64,000 bases of DNA from assembly GCA_963734495.1 (NCBI GenBank), contig CAVTHK010000001.1, forward strand, positions 448,001-512,000, given 5' to 3'. Below, one piece after another: positions 40,171 to 50,718 of this stretch. Under the pieces are notes generated by a model. It worked only from the letters and a program-made list of their open reading frames with translations. It was not told the DNA's origin and did no database searches. Made by a program: the position numbers and the translations under genes. The stretch comes from an uncultured Spirochaetota bacterium (lineage in GTDB: Bacteria > Spirochaetota > Spirochaetia > SZUA-6 > CAVTHK01). Position 1 is the stretch's first letter, and every line of letters begins with the position of its first letter.

Positions 40171-41091
40171 ATGGATTTTGCCATCCAGCTCTCGGTCAGC
40201 TTTCTCATGCTCGGGTGCATGTACACCCTCGTGGCCGTGGGCTTCACCATGTATGTCGGGGTGATCAACCTGGCCAACTTCTCCCACGGCGACACCTGCG
40301 TCGTCGGCGCCTTCGTGCTGATGCCCCTGTTCCACGTGGTCACGGATCTCGGATGGGTGGGGGCCGGCGGCGCACCGGTCGTGGTTGCCCTCATCGCCGC
40401 GACCATCGCGGTCACCGGTGCCTGGGGGGCCGTCCTCTTCCGCATCGTGATCCATCCGCTGCTCCGCTCGCCGAGGCTGATCGTGCTGCTGGCGACGGTG
40501 GCCGCGGGCCAGGCGATCCGCGAAATGATCCGCGTGATCTACCCCGAAGGCAGCAACCCGCAGGTGTTCCCGCGGCTATTCCCCGAGGGAGGTCTGCATT
40601 TCGGCGCAGTGACGGTGCGATGGGAAAGCCTGATCATCCTCGCGGCGACGCTTGCGACCATCGGCCTCCTGAGCCTGTTCATCTCCCGCACCCGGTTGGG
40701 GCTCGCGATGCGCGCGGTCTCGCAGGACCCCGACGTGGCGCAGATGATGGGCATCCCGCTCGACCGGACCGTCATGGCGGTCTTTGTCGTCGGCTCCATG
40801 CTCGCGGGCCTCGCCGGCGTCATGAACGGGGCCTATTACCAGATCACGAAGTTCGACATCGGCAACAACCTCGGAATCAAGGGCTTCTCGGCTGCGGTCA
40901 TCGGCGGGCTGGGCAACATCTACGGCGCGATCGTCGGCGGCCTGCTGCTGAGCCTCGTAGAGGTCTTCACGGCCGCGCTCATCCCCGGAGGCTCGCAGTT
41001 CCAGGACGTGTTCTCGTTCCTGGTCGTGATCGTCTTTCTCGTGGTCAAGCCCTCGGGGATCCTCGGAGAGAAGGTCTATGAGAAGGTGTGA
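40171..41091 (+). CDS. livH: BCAA ABC permease
   Basis: NFSHGD, TRLGLAMRA, AAVIGGLG, KPSGILG. Confidence 0.9.
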   Translation: MDFAIQLSVSFLMLGCMYTLVAVGFTMYVGVINLANFSHGDTCVVGAFVLMPLFHVVTDLGWVGAGGAPVVVALIAATIAVTGAWGAVLFRIVIHPLLRSPRLIVLLATVAAGQAIREMIRVIYPEGSNPQVFPRLFPEGGLHFGAVTVRWESLIILAATLATIGLLSLFISRTRLGLAMRAVSQDPDVAQMMGIPLDRTVMAVFVVGSMLAGLAGVMNGAYYQITKFDIGNNLGIKGFSAAVIGGLGNIYGAIVGGLLLSLVEVFTAALIPGGSQFQDVFSFLVVIVFLVVKPSGILGEKVYEKV

Positions 41092-42284
41092 GGCGGGCCA
41101 TGGCCTCCTCCGGTGACGGGAGGGCCGCGAGAATCGCGGTCGTCTTTGCGGCCGAGGGCGCAGCCGCCGCGCTCTCTTTCATCTTCCTCACGGCAAGAGC
41201 CACCGCTGCGCTGCTCGGGCCGATCGCGGCGGGCGGGGCGATAGCGGTCGCCGTCGCGCGCGTCCCCCGTTTCCGCTCGGCGCTCGCCGGGGCGTTCCGC
41301 GGCGAACGGCCCGCCGCGCTCGCGTTCGCCGCGGTCCTGCTGCTCGCGCTCCCGCTCCTGCTGCGGCGGGACGCCTACTCGCTGCACATCCTCGTCGTGA
41401 CCGGGATCCAGGTCATCCTTGCGCTCGGGCTGAACCTGCAGGTCGGCAGCACCGGGCTCCCCAACCTGGGTTTTGCCGCCTTCTACGGCATCGGCGCCTA
41501 CACGTCGGCGCTGCTCGCGGTGCGGCTCGGCGTGCCGTTCTGGGTCGGGCTCGCTGCGGGAGGCGCGGTCTCCGCGGCGTTCGGCCTGGTGCTCGGCTTC
41601 CCGACTCTCAAGACCAGGGCCTACTACCTCGCGCTCATCACGATCGCCTTCGGGCTGGTCGTCTACCTCCTCATGCTCAACCTGCGCTTCCTCGACGGGC
41701 CGGACGGCGTCAGGGACATCCCGCCGCCGCGGGTCGCGGGCTGGCCGCTGGTCTCCAGCGTGACGCTGCTCGGCGGCAAGTACCCGATGCAGCTCAACTT
41801 CGCCTACCTTGTCCTGGCGTTCACGGCGCTCGCCGTCGCGGCGGCGCACGCCCTGCACCACTCGCGGACCGGCCTCGCCTGGAACGCGGTGCGCGAAGAC
41901 GAGATCGCCTCTCAATCGGTGGGGATCAACGTCTCCGCCAGCAAGCTGCTCGCCTTCGCGGTGGGGGCATTCTACGCGGGGGCGGCCGGCGCGCTCTACG
42001 CGCACTACGTCGGCTACATCTCCGCGCAGAACTTCACCCTCACCCAGTCGCTGGCCCTGCTGTCCATGGTGATCCTCGGCGGCCTGGACAACATCGGCGG
42101 CGTAGCGCTGGCCGCGGTGCTGCTCAGCGTGCTGCCGGAAAAGTTCCGCGCGCTCTCCGACTACCGCGTGATCGCCTACGGCGTCATCATCATCGCGATG
42201 TTGATCTTCAGGCCGGCGGGGCTCATCCCGCAGACGATCAGGGACTACAGGTTTGCCCTCAAGGGGAAGGTCCGCGATGGCTGA
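41088..42284 (+). CDS. livM: BCAA ABC permease
   Basis: GLNL, GFAAFYGIGAY, YLALITIAFG, VREDEIA, MVILGG. Confidence 0.9.
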   Translation: MRRAMASSGDGRAARIAVVFAAEGAAAALSFIFLTARATAALLGPIAAGGAIAVAVARVPRFRSALAGAFRGERPAALAFAAVLLLALPLLLRRDAYSLHILVVTGIQVILALGLNLQVGSTGLPNLGFAAFYGIGAYTSALLAVRLGVPFWVGLAAGGAVSAAFGLVLGFPTLKTRAYYLALITIAFGLVVYLLMLNLRFLDGPDGVRDIPPPRVAGWPLVSSVTLLGGKYPMQLNFAYLVLAFTALAVAAAHALHHSRTGLAWNAVREDEIASQSVGINVSASKLLAFAVGAFYAGAAGALYAHYVGYISAQNFTLTQSLALLSMVILGGLDNIGGVALAAVLLSVLPEKFRALSDYRVIAYGVIIIAMLIFRPAGLIPQTIRDYRFALKGKVRDG

Positions 42285-43065
42285 CGCTCTGCTCGAGGTC
42301 CAGGGTCTCACCATCCGTTTCGGCGGCCTTACGGCGGTCGACAATGTTTCGTTCGACCTCGAGGAGAACCGCATTCTCGCCGTCATCGGGCCCAACGGGG
42401 CGGGCAAGACGACGATCTTCAACATGATCACAGGCATCTACGCTCCGACGGGCGGGACCATCCGGTTCCGCGGAGCGCTGCTCAACGGCCTCGCGCCCTA
42501 CAGGATCGCGCGCAAGGGAATCGCTCGGACTTTCCAGGCGAGCCGCCTGTTCGCCAACCTCAGCGTGCTGGACAATGTCCTGCTCGGCATGCGGCCGCAT
42601 CGCGGCATCGGGATCGGAAGGGCGATCTTCCGGCGGGATCTCGAAGCCGCGGATCTCCGTGAAAGTCTCGATCGCGCCGCCGAGCTGCTGGTGTTCTTCG
42701 GCCTGGAGCCCAGGGAGAAGGCGGGCAGGCGCTCCGGCGACCTGCCCCAGGGTGACAGGCGCAAGCTCGAGATCTGCCGGGCCCTCGCCGCAGCCCCGGC
42801 CGTGGTCCTCCTCGACGAGCCTTCGGCCGGGATGGACCCGGGGGAAACGCGCGAGCTCATGGAGGACATACGGCGGATCCGCGTCAGGAACCCGCGCATA
42901 GGCATCATCCTGATCGAGCACGACATGTCGGTGGTCCGCGGAGTCGCGGATCACATCCTGGTGCTGAACTACGGTCAGCTGATCGCGCAGGGCGGCTTCC
43001 AGGCGATCTCCTCGGACCCGCGGGTGCAGGAGGCCTATCTTGGCAGGCGTCGATCCTACGCGTGA
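42277..43065 (+). CDS. livG: BCAA ABC ATPase
   Basis: GPNGAGKTT, ARTFQ, LLDEPSAG, IEHDM, EAYLG. Confidence 0.92.
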   Translation: MADALLEVQGLTIRFGGLTAVDNVSFDLEENRILAVIGPNGAGKTTIFNMITGIYAPTGGTIRFRGALLNGLAPYRIARKGIARTFQASRLFANLSVLDNVLLGMRPHRGIGIGRAIFRRDLEAADLRESLDRAAELLVFFGLEPREKAGRRSGDLPQGDRRKLEICRALAAAPAVVLLDEPSAGMDPGETRELMEDIRRIRVRNPRIGIILIEHDMSVVRGVADHILVLNYGQLIAQGGFQAISSDPRVQEAYLGRRRSYA

Positions 43066-43813
43066 GACGGGTACGCCGGCCCGGGGCGGCGCCGACCGGC
43101 CCCTGCTCGAGCTGCGCGGTCTCGACGTGGCCTACGGCCGGGTCCGGGTGATCCACGGCCTCTCGCTCGATGTCGGCCGGTCCGAGATCGTGGCCCTCCT
43201 CGGACCCAATGGGGCGGGCAAGACAACGACCGTGCGCGCGATCCTCGGCCTCGTGCCACCGACCGCCGGAGTGGTGCGCTTCGACGGCCACGCCGTCACC
43301 GGGTGGAGGCCGCACAGGATCGTCTCGCTGGGCGTGGCGGTCGTGCCCGAAGGCCGTGGAATCTTCCCGAAGCTGACGGTGCTGGAGAACCTGCGTGCCG
43401 GGATAGCATTCGTCAGCCGCGACGCAGCGCTGTTCGAGGAGCGCCGCGAGCAGGCATACGCGAAGTTCCCACGCCTTCGGGAGCGCGAGCGCCAGATCGC
43501 GGGCACGCTGAGCGGCGGCGAACAGACGATGCTCGCCCTCTCGCGAGCCATGATGAGCCGGCCCAGGCTCGTGCTCATGGACGAGCCCTCGCTCGGCCTC
43601 GCGCCCAACCTGATCGAGCAGACCTTCGAGATCATCAGGGAGTACAACAGCGAAGGCACGGCGGTCCTTCTGATCGAGCAGAACGCGGCCCAGGCGCTGG
43701 AGATTTCCAGCCGCGCCTACATCCTGCAGAAGGGACAGGTCATGCTGCACGGCAGCCGGGACGAGCTCCTGTCGGACGAACGGGTCCGGAAGGCCTATTT
43801 CGCCGCCGAGTAG
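43040..43813 (+). CDS. livF: BCAA ABC ATPase
   Basis: GPNGAGKTT, VPEGRGIF, LSGGEQ, MDEPSLGL, IEQN; AGGAGG before the TTG. Confidence 0.92.
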   Translation: MAGVDPTRETGTPARGGADRPLLELRGLDVAYGRVRVIHGLSLDVGRSEIVALLGPNGAGKTTTVRAILGLVPPTAGVVRFDGHAVTGWRPHRIVSLGVAVVPEGRGIFPKLTVLENLRAGIAFVSRDAALFEERREQAYAKFPRLRERERQIAGTLSGGEQTMLALSRAMMSRPRLVLMDEPSLGLAPNLIEQTFEIIREYNSEGTAVLLIEQNAAQALEISSRAYILQKGQVMLHGSRDELLSDERVRKAYFAAE

Positions 43814-43852
43814 GCGGCGCGCGTGGTGTGCTGCCCGCGAGGAGGCGGTGCG

Positions 43853-44713
43853 ATGCTGGAAGCGCGAAAGTTGCGGCTGACCACGATCGCCGAGAACACG
43901 TCCACGCGACCAGGCATAGTCGGCGACTGGGGCCTGAGCATTCTGATCGAGGACGGGGAGCACCGCTTTCTCCTCGACACGGGCGCAGGGCAGTCCACGG
44001 TCGCGAACGCCGACTCGCTCGGCGTGGACCTCACGCGCATCGATGCGATCGTGCTCAGCCACGGACATCTCGATCACACGGGAGGGCTGCTTTCCGTCCT
44101 GTCGCGGCTCAAGAGCGACGTCCGAGTCGTTGCTCACCCTGGAATCTGGGGCCCCAAGTACTCGAGGAACCGCAAGACCGGCCGCTATCGCTACGCCGGG
44201 ATGCCGTACGCGCGCGAGGCCCTCGAGTCCGCGGGCGCCCGCTTCGAGCTCACCGCGGCGCCTACTTGGCTGACGAGCGACATCGTCGCGAGCGGCGAGG
44301 AGCCGATGGCGAGCGATTTCGAGGCCGTGGCGGACAACATCTGCCTGAAGACGGAGCGGGGGTTCGAGCCCGACCCGGTGATCGACGACCAGTCGGTATA
44401 CATCCGCACCGACCTCGGGCTCATCGTCGTCCTGGGCTGCGCGCACAGGGGTATGATCAACATCATCCATCACGGCTTGCACCTCACCGGAACGCAGAAG
44501 GTCTACATGGCGGTCGGCGGGACGCACCTCGGCCCGGCTTCGGAGCCGCAGGTCGAGCGGACGATCGAGGCGCTGCGCGAACTGGACGTCGCATGGGTCG
44601 GCGTCTCGCACTGCACGGGGCTTCCGGTCGCCTCCCGGCTCGACAGGGAGCTGCCCGGCCGGTTCTTCTTCAACAACGCGGGGACCACGATCACCTTCCC
44701 GTTCGCCCCCTGA
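43853..44713 (+). CDS. MBL-fold metallo-hydrolase (MJ0301-like)
   Basis: LDTG, SHGHLDHTGG, GCAHRG, GGTHL, HCTG. Confidence 0.88.
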   Translation: MLEARKLRLTTIAENTSTRPGIVGDWGLSILIEDGEHRFLLDTGAGQSTVANADSLGVDLTRIDAIVLSHGHLDHTGGLLSVLSRLKSDVRVVAHPGIWGPKYSRNRKTGRYRYAGMPYAREALESAGARFELTAAPTWLTSDIVASGEEPMASDFEAVADNICLKTERGFEPDPVIDDQSVYIRTDLGLIVVLGCAHRGMINIIHHGLHLTGTQKVYMAVGGTHLGPASEPQVERTIEALRELDVAWVGVSHCTGLPVASRLDRELPGRFFFNNAGTTITFPFAP

Positions 44714-45279
44714 TGGCCGCGGAAACGGGCCGGCCCCTGCGCATCGTCGTCGTCGGCACCACCGGTTCGGGCAAGACCACTGTCGCCCGGAGGATCGCGC
44801 AGGCGCTCGGCATCCCGCACGTGGAGCTGGACAGCCTGCACTGGCGCCCCGGCTGGACCGAGGCGCCGCTCGAAGAGTTCCGCGCTGCCGTCGACGATGC
44901 CACGACGGGCGACCGCTGGGTGGCAGACGGCAACTACGGGAAAGTGCGGCAGACGCTGTGGAGCAAGGCGACCCACGTCGTGTGGCTCGACCGCCCTTTC
45001 CCGCTGGTGTTCTGGCGCGTGCTCATGCGCACCATCCGCAGGGTCGCGTCGCGCGAAGAGCTGTTTTCCGGCAACCGCGAGACCTTCCGGCAGTCGTTCC
45101 TCTCGCGCGACTCAATCATCTGGTGGATGATCACTACGCATGCCCGGCGGCGCCGGGAGCTCCCGCGGCTGCTCGCGCGGCCCGAGCACGCGCGCCTCGA
45201 GGTGCTGGTCGTCCGCAGCCGGCGCGACGAGGAGCGGCTGTTCGCGCGCCTTGCGGCCGCTGCTGACGATCGCGCCTGA
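44713..45279 (+). CDS. Adenylate kinase-like/FlaR P-loop protein
   Basis: GTTGSGKTT, ELDSLHWRPGW, WVADGNY. Confidence 0.88.
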   Translation: MAAETGRPLRIVVVGTTGSGKTTVARRIAQALGIPHVELDSLHWRPGWTEAPLEEFRAAVDDATTGDRWVADGNYGKVRQTLWSKATHVVWLDRPFPLVFWRVLMRTIRRVASREELFSGNRETFRQSFLSRDSIIWWMITTHARRRRELPRLLARPEHARLEVLVVRSRRDEERLFARLAAAADDRA

Positions 45280-45337
45280 GCCCGCGCCGCGCGGCCACGG
45301 ACTTGGGCCCCCGCCGCCGTGCTATACTCGCGGCGGA

Positions 45338-46585
45338 TTGAAAACAACGCGCGCCGCTCTGCACTACGGCTGGGTGATCGTCGCGACCGCGGTGCTGGTC
45401 GTCTTCGGAAGCTTGGGTCTCGGCCGGTTCGGGCTTACCATGATCCTCCCTTCGGTCAAGGCGGGCCTCGGCCTTTCGGACGTGCAGGCGGGGGACCTCG
45501 CGACGGCCAACATGATCGGCTACCTGGCGATGTCGCTGCTTTCCGGCGTGCTCGCCGCACGCTTCGGCCCCCGGGTCGTGATCGCCGCGTCCATGGCCCT
45601 GGTCGCGGGAGGCATGCTGACGGCGGGGCTGGCGGCCGGCTACTCCGCGTGCCTGCTCGGCCTGGCCCTCACCGGCCTCGGCAGCGGCGGCAGCAACGTG
45701 CCGGTCATGGGGCTCACGTCACGGTGGTTCGCGCGCCGCAGCCGCGGGCGGGCCACGGGCATTGTCGTCAGCGGCTCGAGCATCGGGATCCTGCTCGCCG
45801 GCGCCTTCGTGCCGGCGGTGATGGAGCGATTCGGGGCGCAGGGCTGGCGCGTGGCGTGGCAGAGCTTCGCCGCGGCTGCTCTCGCGCTCGGCGCGCTCGG
45901 GTGGCTGCTCCTGCGCAACGATCCCGCTGCCCTCGGCCTCCAGCCTGTCGGCGGCGGCGACCAGGCCGCGCCCGCGGCAGGCGGGATGCAGTGGGGCCTC
46001 GTCTACCGCCGGCCTGTTGTGTGGCACCTGGGCGCAACCTATCTCCTGTTCGGCTTCTCCTACGTGATCTACGCCACGTTCTTCGCTCGCTACCTCACGG
46101 GCGAGGCAGGCTTCACGACGAGGCAGGCGGGCACGCTCTGGTCGGCCATCGGCGCTCTCAGCCTGGCCAGCGGATTCATCTGGGGAAGTGTCTCGGACCG
46201 CCTGGGGCGCAGGTACGGGCTGGCCCTCGTGTTCGCGATCCAGAGCGTCTGCTTCGCCGCGTTCGCGTTCTGGCGCGCTCCCGCGGGCATCTACGTGTCT
46301 GCCGGGCTCTTCGCCCTCACGGCGTGGAGCATCCCGGCGGTCATGGCCGCCGCGACCGCGGACATCGTGGGCACGAGGCTCGCGCCCGCCGCCTTCGGCT
46401 TCGTCACCGTGTTCCTCGGGCTGGGGCAGGCGGCCGGCCCGTTCGCCGCCGGACGGATCGCCCAGGCGGCCGGGACGTACGCCCCGGCCTTCGCCTGCGC
46501 CGCGGCGGCGGCCGCCTGCGGGGCGCTGCTGTCGCTGTGCTTGCGGGCGCGCAGCCCGCAGGCCGCGGATGCGAAAGCTGCCTGA
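45338..46585 (+). CDS. MFS transporter (YbfB/YjiJ-like)
   Basis: GLGRF, ANMIGY, SDRLGRR; about 12 hydrophobic segments. Confidence 0.88.
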   Translation: MKTTRAALHYGWVIVATAVLVVFGSLGLGRFGLTMILPSVKAGLGLSDVQAGDLATANMIGYLAMSLLSGVLAARFGPRVVIAASMALVAGGMLTAGLAAGYSACLLGLALTGLGSGGSNVPVMGLTSRWFARRSRGRATGIVVSGSSIGILLAGAFVPAVMERFGAQGWRVAWQSFAAAALALGALGWLLLRNDPAALGLQPVGGGDQAAPAAGGMQWGLVYRRPVVWHLGATYLLFGFSYVIYATFFARYLTGEAGFTTRQAGTLWSAIGALSLASGFIWGSVSDRLGRRYGLALVFAIQSVCFAAFAFWRAPAGIYVSAGLFALTAWSIPAVMAAATADIVGTRLAPAAFGFVTVFLGLGQAAGPFAAGRIAQAAGTYAPAFACAAAAAACGALLSLCLRARSPQAADAKAA

Positions 46586-46608
46586 AGCCTTCTCAAGCGC
46601 GCGGATGC

Positions 46609-46636
46609 TTGCGCTGCCGGGTGGGCCGGGTATAAT
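46609..46636 (+). promoter_or_regulatory. Sigma70-type promoter, probably leaderless
   Basis: TTGCGC-N16-TATAAT, 8 nt before ATG 46645. Confidence 0.55.
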
Positions 46637-46644
46637 CGCTGGAT

Positions 46645-48708
46645 ATGCTGGCGCGCGTCGTGGCCTCGCGACCGCCGAAGCGCGGTCCGGGACTCGCTAC
46701 AGCCTTGATCCTCGCTCTCGTCGCGTCCGGCGGCGCGGCAGCGCAAGCCTCCTTGGAACCCGAAGCCATCGAGGCCGTCTCAGCCAACGTCTTCGAGGTG
46801 GTCGCGCTCAAGCCCTCCGAAGAGTCGATACGCTACGCCGAACGGCTCCCGTTCGAGCTCCTGCCGTTCCTCGAGAGGAATGACGAGTACATTCCGCTGG
46901 GCACAGCCTTCGCGATCCAGGACAAGCGCTTCGTTTCGGCGGCGCACGTGTTTACGCTGGAGCGCGCGACACTGTGGGACCGGCTCTACCTTCGGCGGCC
47001 CGGCGGAAAGGCCTACCCGATCGACACCATCTGGAGCTATTCCGGGGACCGCGACTTCGTTGTCTTCAGCGTGGAGGGCTGGGACGGGGCCGCAGGCGGC
47101 CTCGCCTTGAGCACGAGGCCCGTCCTGAACCAGAGGGTGTACGCCGTCGGCAACGCCCTGGGACAGGGCGTGGTCATACGCGACGGCATCCTCACGTCCA
47201 TGACGCCCGAAAGCGAGGACGGCGCCTGGGAATGGCTCCGCTTTTCGGCGGCCGCTTCACTCGGGAACAGCGGCGGGCCGCTCGTCGACGCCGCGGGCCG
47301 CGTGATCGGTGTCGTCACAGCCAAGAGCGAGGCCGAGAACCTGAACTATGCCCTCCCGTGCTCGGAGGCGCTCTCCTTTGCGACCGGCACGGGCGAGCTG
47401 ATCAAGCGGTACAAGTACCGCCTGCCGAACGTGGAGGCCGATCATATCGAACGGTTCACATTCCGCACCGGGCTTCCCAAGCCGCTGCCGGAGCTGCGGT
47501 CGGAAATGGTCGCCTTTCTCGACGGCGTCGTGCGCAAGGGGATCGACTCGCTGCTCAGCGAGAACGGCGACAAAGTATTCCCGCGCGGCGACGGCTCCCG
47601 AAGGCTCCTGGATACGATCACCTACTCCGCGTTTCCCATGTTTGCGGCCGAGAAAGCCGACGGCACCTGGCAGATGCTCAAGCCCGAAAAAACGTCCGCC
47701 TACCGGGTCGGGGGCGATGGCACATTGGAGTTGGGCGAGCTCTGGGGTGACACGTTCGCGCTGCTCTCGAAGCCGCGTGACACCACGGTAGCGTCTCTCT
47801 TCGAGAATCCGCGGGCCCTGCTCGACCTGATCCTCGAGGGCTACGCCATGACCCGTTCGGTAGGCACCAAGAAGGTGCGGATTACCTCATACGGGACGCC
47901 TTCGGTGGTGCAGCGCTTTGCCGATTCCTGGGGCCGCAAGTGGCTGCTGGCGTCGTGGGACATCCCGTTCGCCAACAAGACGGAGGTGATGCTGGCGACG
48001 CCGACACCGTCGGGCGCCGCCGTTGTGCTGCGTCTCTGCCCCTACGGCGACCGGAACTCGTTTCTCGCGGATTTCCGGGCGATGACCGAGTTCTTCGCCG
48101 TCTCGTACCGGGCGAACCTTCGCAACTGGGGTGAGTACCTCGCCCGCGATGCCCTCACGCCGGCCTTCCTCTCGGACTTTTCCGTCAGACTCGCGGCCGG
48201 AGAGCGCGTGTCGCTCAAGTCCAGGCGCATGGCCTTCGAGTACGACTCGGACATGCTGGCCGCCAAAGAGGACACCGTCCTTTCCGTGATCCCGGCCTTC
48301 TGCCGCGAAGAGAAGGTGGTCTGGGACACTGCCCAGATTTTTATCGAAGACCCGTCCAGGCCCGGGAGCTACATCAGCATCCTCAAGATGTTCAGACCAA
48401 CCGCGGCTTCGCCCGACCCCGCGCGGCAGGCGTGGGAGGCGGCGGTCAGGGGAAAGTTCCCCTTCAACCTGACAAAGATTTCCCACGAGGGAGCGAGCAG
48501 GATATTCGGAGTCCTCAATCCGGGGCGAGGAGGAAGCGCCGACCCGCGGTTTGTCTACAGCGTGGCAATCGCGACGGACGGCGAGGCTACCGAAGGAGAC
48601 CTGAGGGCCCGGATGTACCGGGCACGAGGCGCGTTGGTCCTCTCCGCCTATGAGCTTGAAGCAAGCGCGCTGCCCCTTGATCCGTCCGAGGCCAAGGAGC
48701 GCCGATAG
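46645..48708 (+). CDS. Secreted trypsin-like (S1) serine protease with long unassigned C-terminus
   Basis: Signal peptide; SAAHV, RDFV and GNSGGP catalytic triad. Confidence 0.85.
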   Translation: MLARVVASRPPKRGPGLATALILALVASGGAAAQASLEPEAIEAVSANVFEVVALKPSEESIRYAERLPFELLPFLERNDEYIPLGTAFAIQDKRFVSAAHVFTLERATLWDRLYLRRPGGKAYPIDTIWSYSGDRDFVVFSVEGWDGAAGGLALSTRPVLNQRVYAVGNALGQGVVIRDGILTSMTPESEDGAWEWLRFSAAASLGNSGGPLVDAAGRVIGVVTAKSEAENLNYALPCSEALSFATGTGELIKRYKYRLPNVEADHIERFTFRTGLPKPLPELRSEMVAFLDGVVRKGIDSLLSENGDKVFPRGDGSRRLLDTITYSAFPMFAAEKADGTWQMLKPEKTSAYRVGGDGTLELGELWGDTFALLSKPRDTTVASLFENPRALLDLILEGYAMTRSVGTKKVRITSYGTPSVVQRFADSWGRKWLLASWDIPFANKTEVMLATPTPSGAAVVLRLCPYGDRNSFLADFRAMTEFFAVSYRANLRNWGEYLARDALTPAFLSDFSVRLAAGERVSLKSRRMAFEYDSDMLAAKEDTVLSVIPAFCREEKVVWDTAQIFIEDPSRPGSYISILKMFRPTAASPDPARQAWEAAVRGKFPFNLTKISHEGASRIFGVLNPGRGGSADPRFVYSVAIATDGEATEGDLRARMYRARGALVLSAYELEASALPLDPSEAKERR

Positions 48709-48731
48709 AAGCGCGGGAGCCGCCCCCGCGC

Positions 48732-49646
48732 CTACTCGCGGCCGTAGGGGCGGCCGAGGGACGCGGGAAACTCGATCCGCCTGCGGAAGGCCACCATCAC
48801 CACGAGCACCGAAACGAAAGGCAGCATCAGCAGGAACTGGTAGGGGACGCGGTCGGAGAGGATCTGAAGCTGGAACGAGAGGACTTCGACCGCCGAGAAG
48901 AGCAGGCCGCCTAACAGCGCGCGCTGCGGCTTCCAGCTCGCGAAGATCGCGATCCCGATGGCCATGAACCCGCGGCCCGCGGCGATCCCCGGCGAGTACG
49001 ACTGCGTGATCACGAGCGGGATGTAGGCGCCGGAGACGCCGATGAGCAGGGACCCGATCGCCGTGGCCCAGATGCGCCGCGCCGTCACGTTCACGCCCGC
49101 GACGTCGGCGGCGCGCGGGTTCTCGCCGATGGCGCGCGTCTCGAGGCCCGCGCGGGTGCGGTAGAAGAACGCCCACGCGGCGGCGCACGCGACGTACATG
49201 AAGAACACGACCGCGTTCTGCCGGAAAAACGCGCGCACCAGCGGCAGGTCGCCCAGGAGCGGCACGGCGAGGACCGGCGTCCCCGGCGCCCGGGGCGCTT
49301 CGAGGCGCACGCCCATGACGATCTTGTAGAGCAGGTCCGACAGGCCCGAGCCGAGGATCACGAGCGTGATCCCGAGGATGAACTGGTTGACCTTGAAGGC
49401 TTCGTGGACGGCGCCGAGCAGCGCGCCGAGCGCCAGGCCCATGAGCGCGCCGGCGGCGAAGCCGAGCAGCCAGCTCCCCGTGAGGTTCGCGGCGATGAAA
49501 CCCGCCGAGGCCGAGGCGAGCATGATCCCTTCGGCAGCTACGTTGAAGAAGCCGGTCCGCCCCGCAACGATGATGCCCAGGCTCGCCAGCGTGTAGATGA
49601 CGGCGTACATCGTGACCTGCGTGAGGAAGGAGGTGAGGAACTCCAC
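48732..49646 (-). CDS. Nucleoside/sugar (BMP-type) ABC permease
   Basis: NVAAEGIML, RAIGENP, GRGFMAI, MLPF, PASLGRPY. Confidence 0.9.
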   Translation of the reverse strand: MEFLTSFLTQVTMYAVIYTLASLGIIVAGRTGFFNVAAEGIMLASASAGFIAANLTGSWLLGFAAGALMGLALGALLGAVHEAFKVNQFILGITLVILGSGLSDLLYKIVMGVRLEAPRAPGTPVLAVPLLGDLPLVRAFFRQNAVVFFMYVACAAAWAFFYRTRAGLETRAIGENPRAADVAGVNVTARRIWATAIGSLLIGVSGAYIPLVITQSYSPGIAAGRGFMAIGIAIFASWKPQRALLGGLLFSAVEVLSFQLQILSDRVPYQFLLMLPFVSVLVVMVAFRRRIEFPASLGRPYGRE

Positions 49647-49647
49647 G

Positions 49648-50718
49648 CTATGTCCTCCCCGGCGCGGCGGGCGCGGCCGCCGCCTGCCGCGACGCCACCA
49701 CCTGTCGGATCGTCACGACGAACGCCACGACGAGCGCCTGCGTGAGGAACACGATCTCCACCGGGACTCGCATCGTGCGCTGCAGCGAATCCGCGCCGAC
49801 CAGAAGTACCGACATCAGGAACGCCGACACCGGCACGGCGAGCGGGTTGCCGGCGACCACCAGCGCCGTGAGGATGCCGAAGATGCCGTACTGCGCGCCG
49901 CTGGTCGACGTAAAGCCGTCGATCAGGCGGCCGTGGATGTTCATGATCTCCAGCGCGCCGCCGAGCCCCGCGATCGCGCCGGCGGTGAAGAACGCGAACT
50001 GGAGCGTCGCGCGAAAGTCGATCCCGTAGGTCTCGGCCGCGGCGGGGTTGTGTCCGACGGCGCGGATCTCGTAGCCGCGCGCCGTGCGGTTCAGAAGGAC
50101 CGCGACGAGCCAGACCGTCGCCGCCGCCGCGACGACCGACACGGGGATCCCGGCCACGAAGCCGAGGAGCGCCGAAGCGGGAAGCGGCACGGTGATCGGG
50201 TGCCCCTCCATCGGGTCCTTGAAGCCGGGAGCCGTGCACACGAAGTTGATGAGGAGCCCCGCCACGAAGTTCAGCATGATGGTCGAGATGATCGGGTTCA
50301 CGTCGTGGCGCGCGCGCAGCCACCCCGCGACGAGAGCGAGCAGCCCGCCCGCAGCGGCGCCGACAGCCAGGAGCAGCGGCACCATCACCGCCGCCGGCAG
50401 GCGCACGCCCGCGAGCGCCAGCGAGAGCGCGACGGCCGCGGCCGCGGTCCCGCCGACCGTCATCTGCCCGACGGCGCCGATGTTGAAGAGCCTGATGGTG
50501 AAGGGAATGGTGAAGGCGTACGTGGCGAAGAGCAGCGGCACCATCTTCTTGACGGTCTCCTGGAAGCCGAAGGCCGAGCGGAAGCTCGTGGCGAGCAGCG
50601 TGAGCATCGCGCGCGGCACGTTGTAGCCGAGTGCGGCGAGCAGCAGCCCCACCACCGCGAGCGCGAGGGCGGCGGCAACTGAATAGACGGCGGCCCCCGA
50701 GAGCAACCGCGGCCTCAC
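49648..50718 (-). CDS. Nucleoside/sugar (BMP-type) ABC permease
   Basis: LFNIGAVGQ, ISTIMLNF, GYEIRAVGHN; GTG start overlaps the ATPase stop. Confidence 0.88.
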   Translation of the reverse strand: MRPRLLSGAAVYSVAAALALAVVGLLLAALGYNVPRAMLTLLATSFRSAFGFQETVKKMVPLLFATYAFTIPFTIRLFNIGAVGQMTVGGTAAAAVALSLALAGVRLPAAVMVPLLLAVGAAAGGLLALVAGWLRARHDVNPIISTIMLNFVAGLLINFVCTAPGFKDPMEGHPITVPLPASALLGFVAGIPVSVVAAAATVWLVAVLLNRTARGYEIRAVGHNPAAAETYGIDFRATLQFAFFTAGAIAGLGGALEIMNIHGRLIDGFTSTSGAQYGIFGILTALVVAGNPLAVPVSAFLMSVLLVGADSLQRTMRVPVEIVFLTQALVVAFVVTIRQVVASRQAAAAPAAPGRT

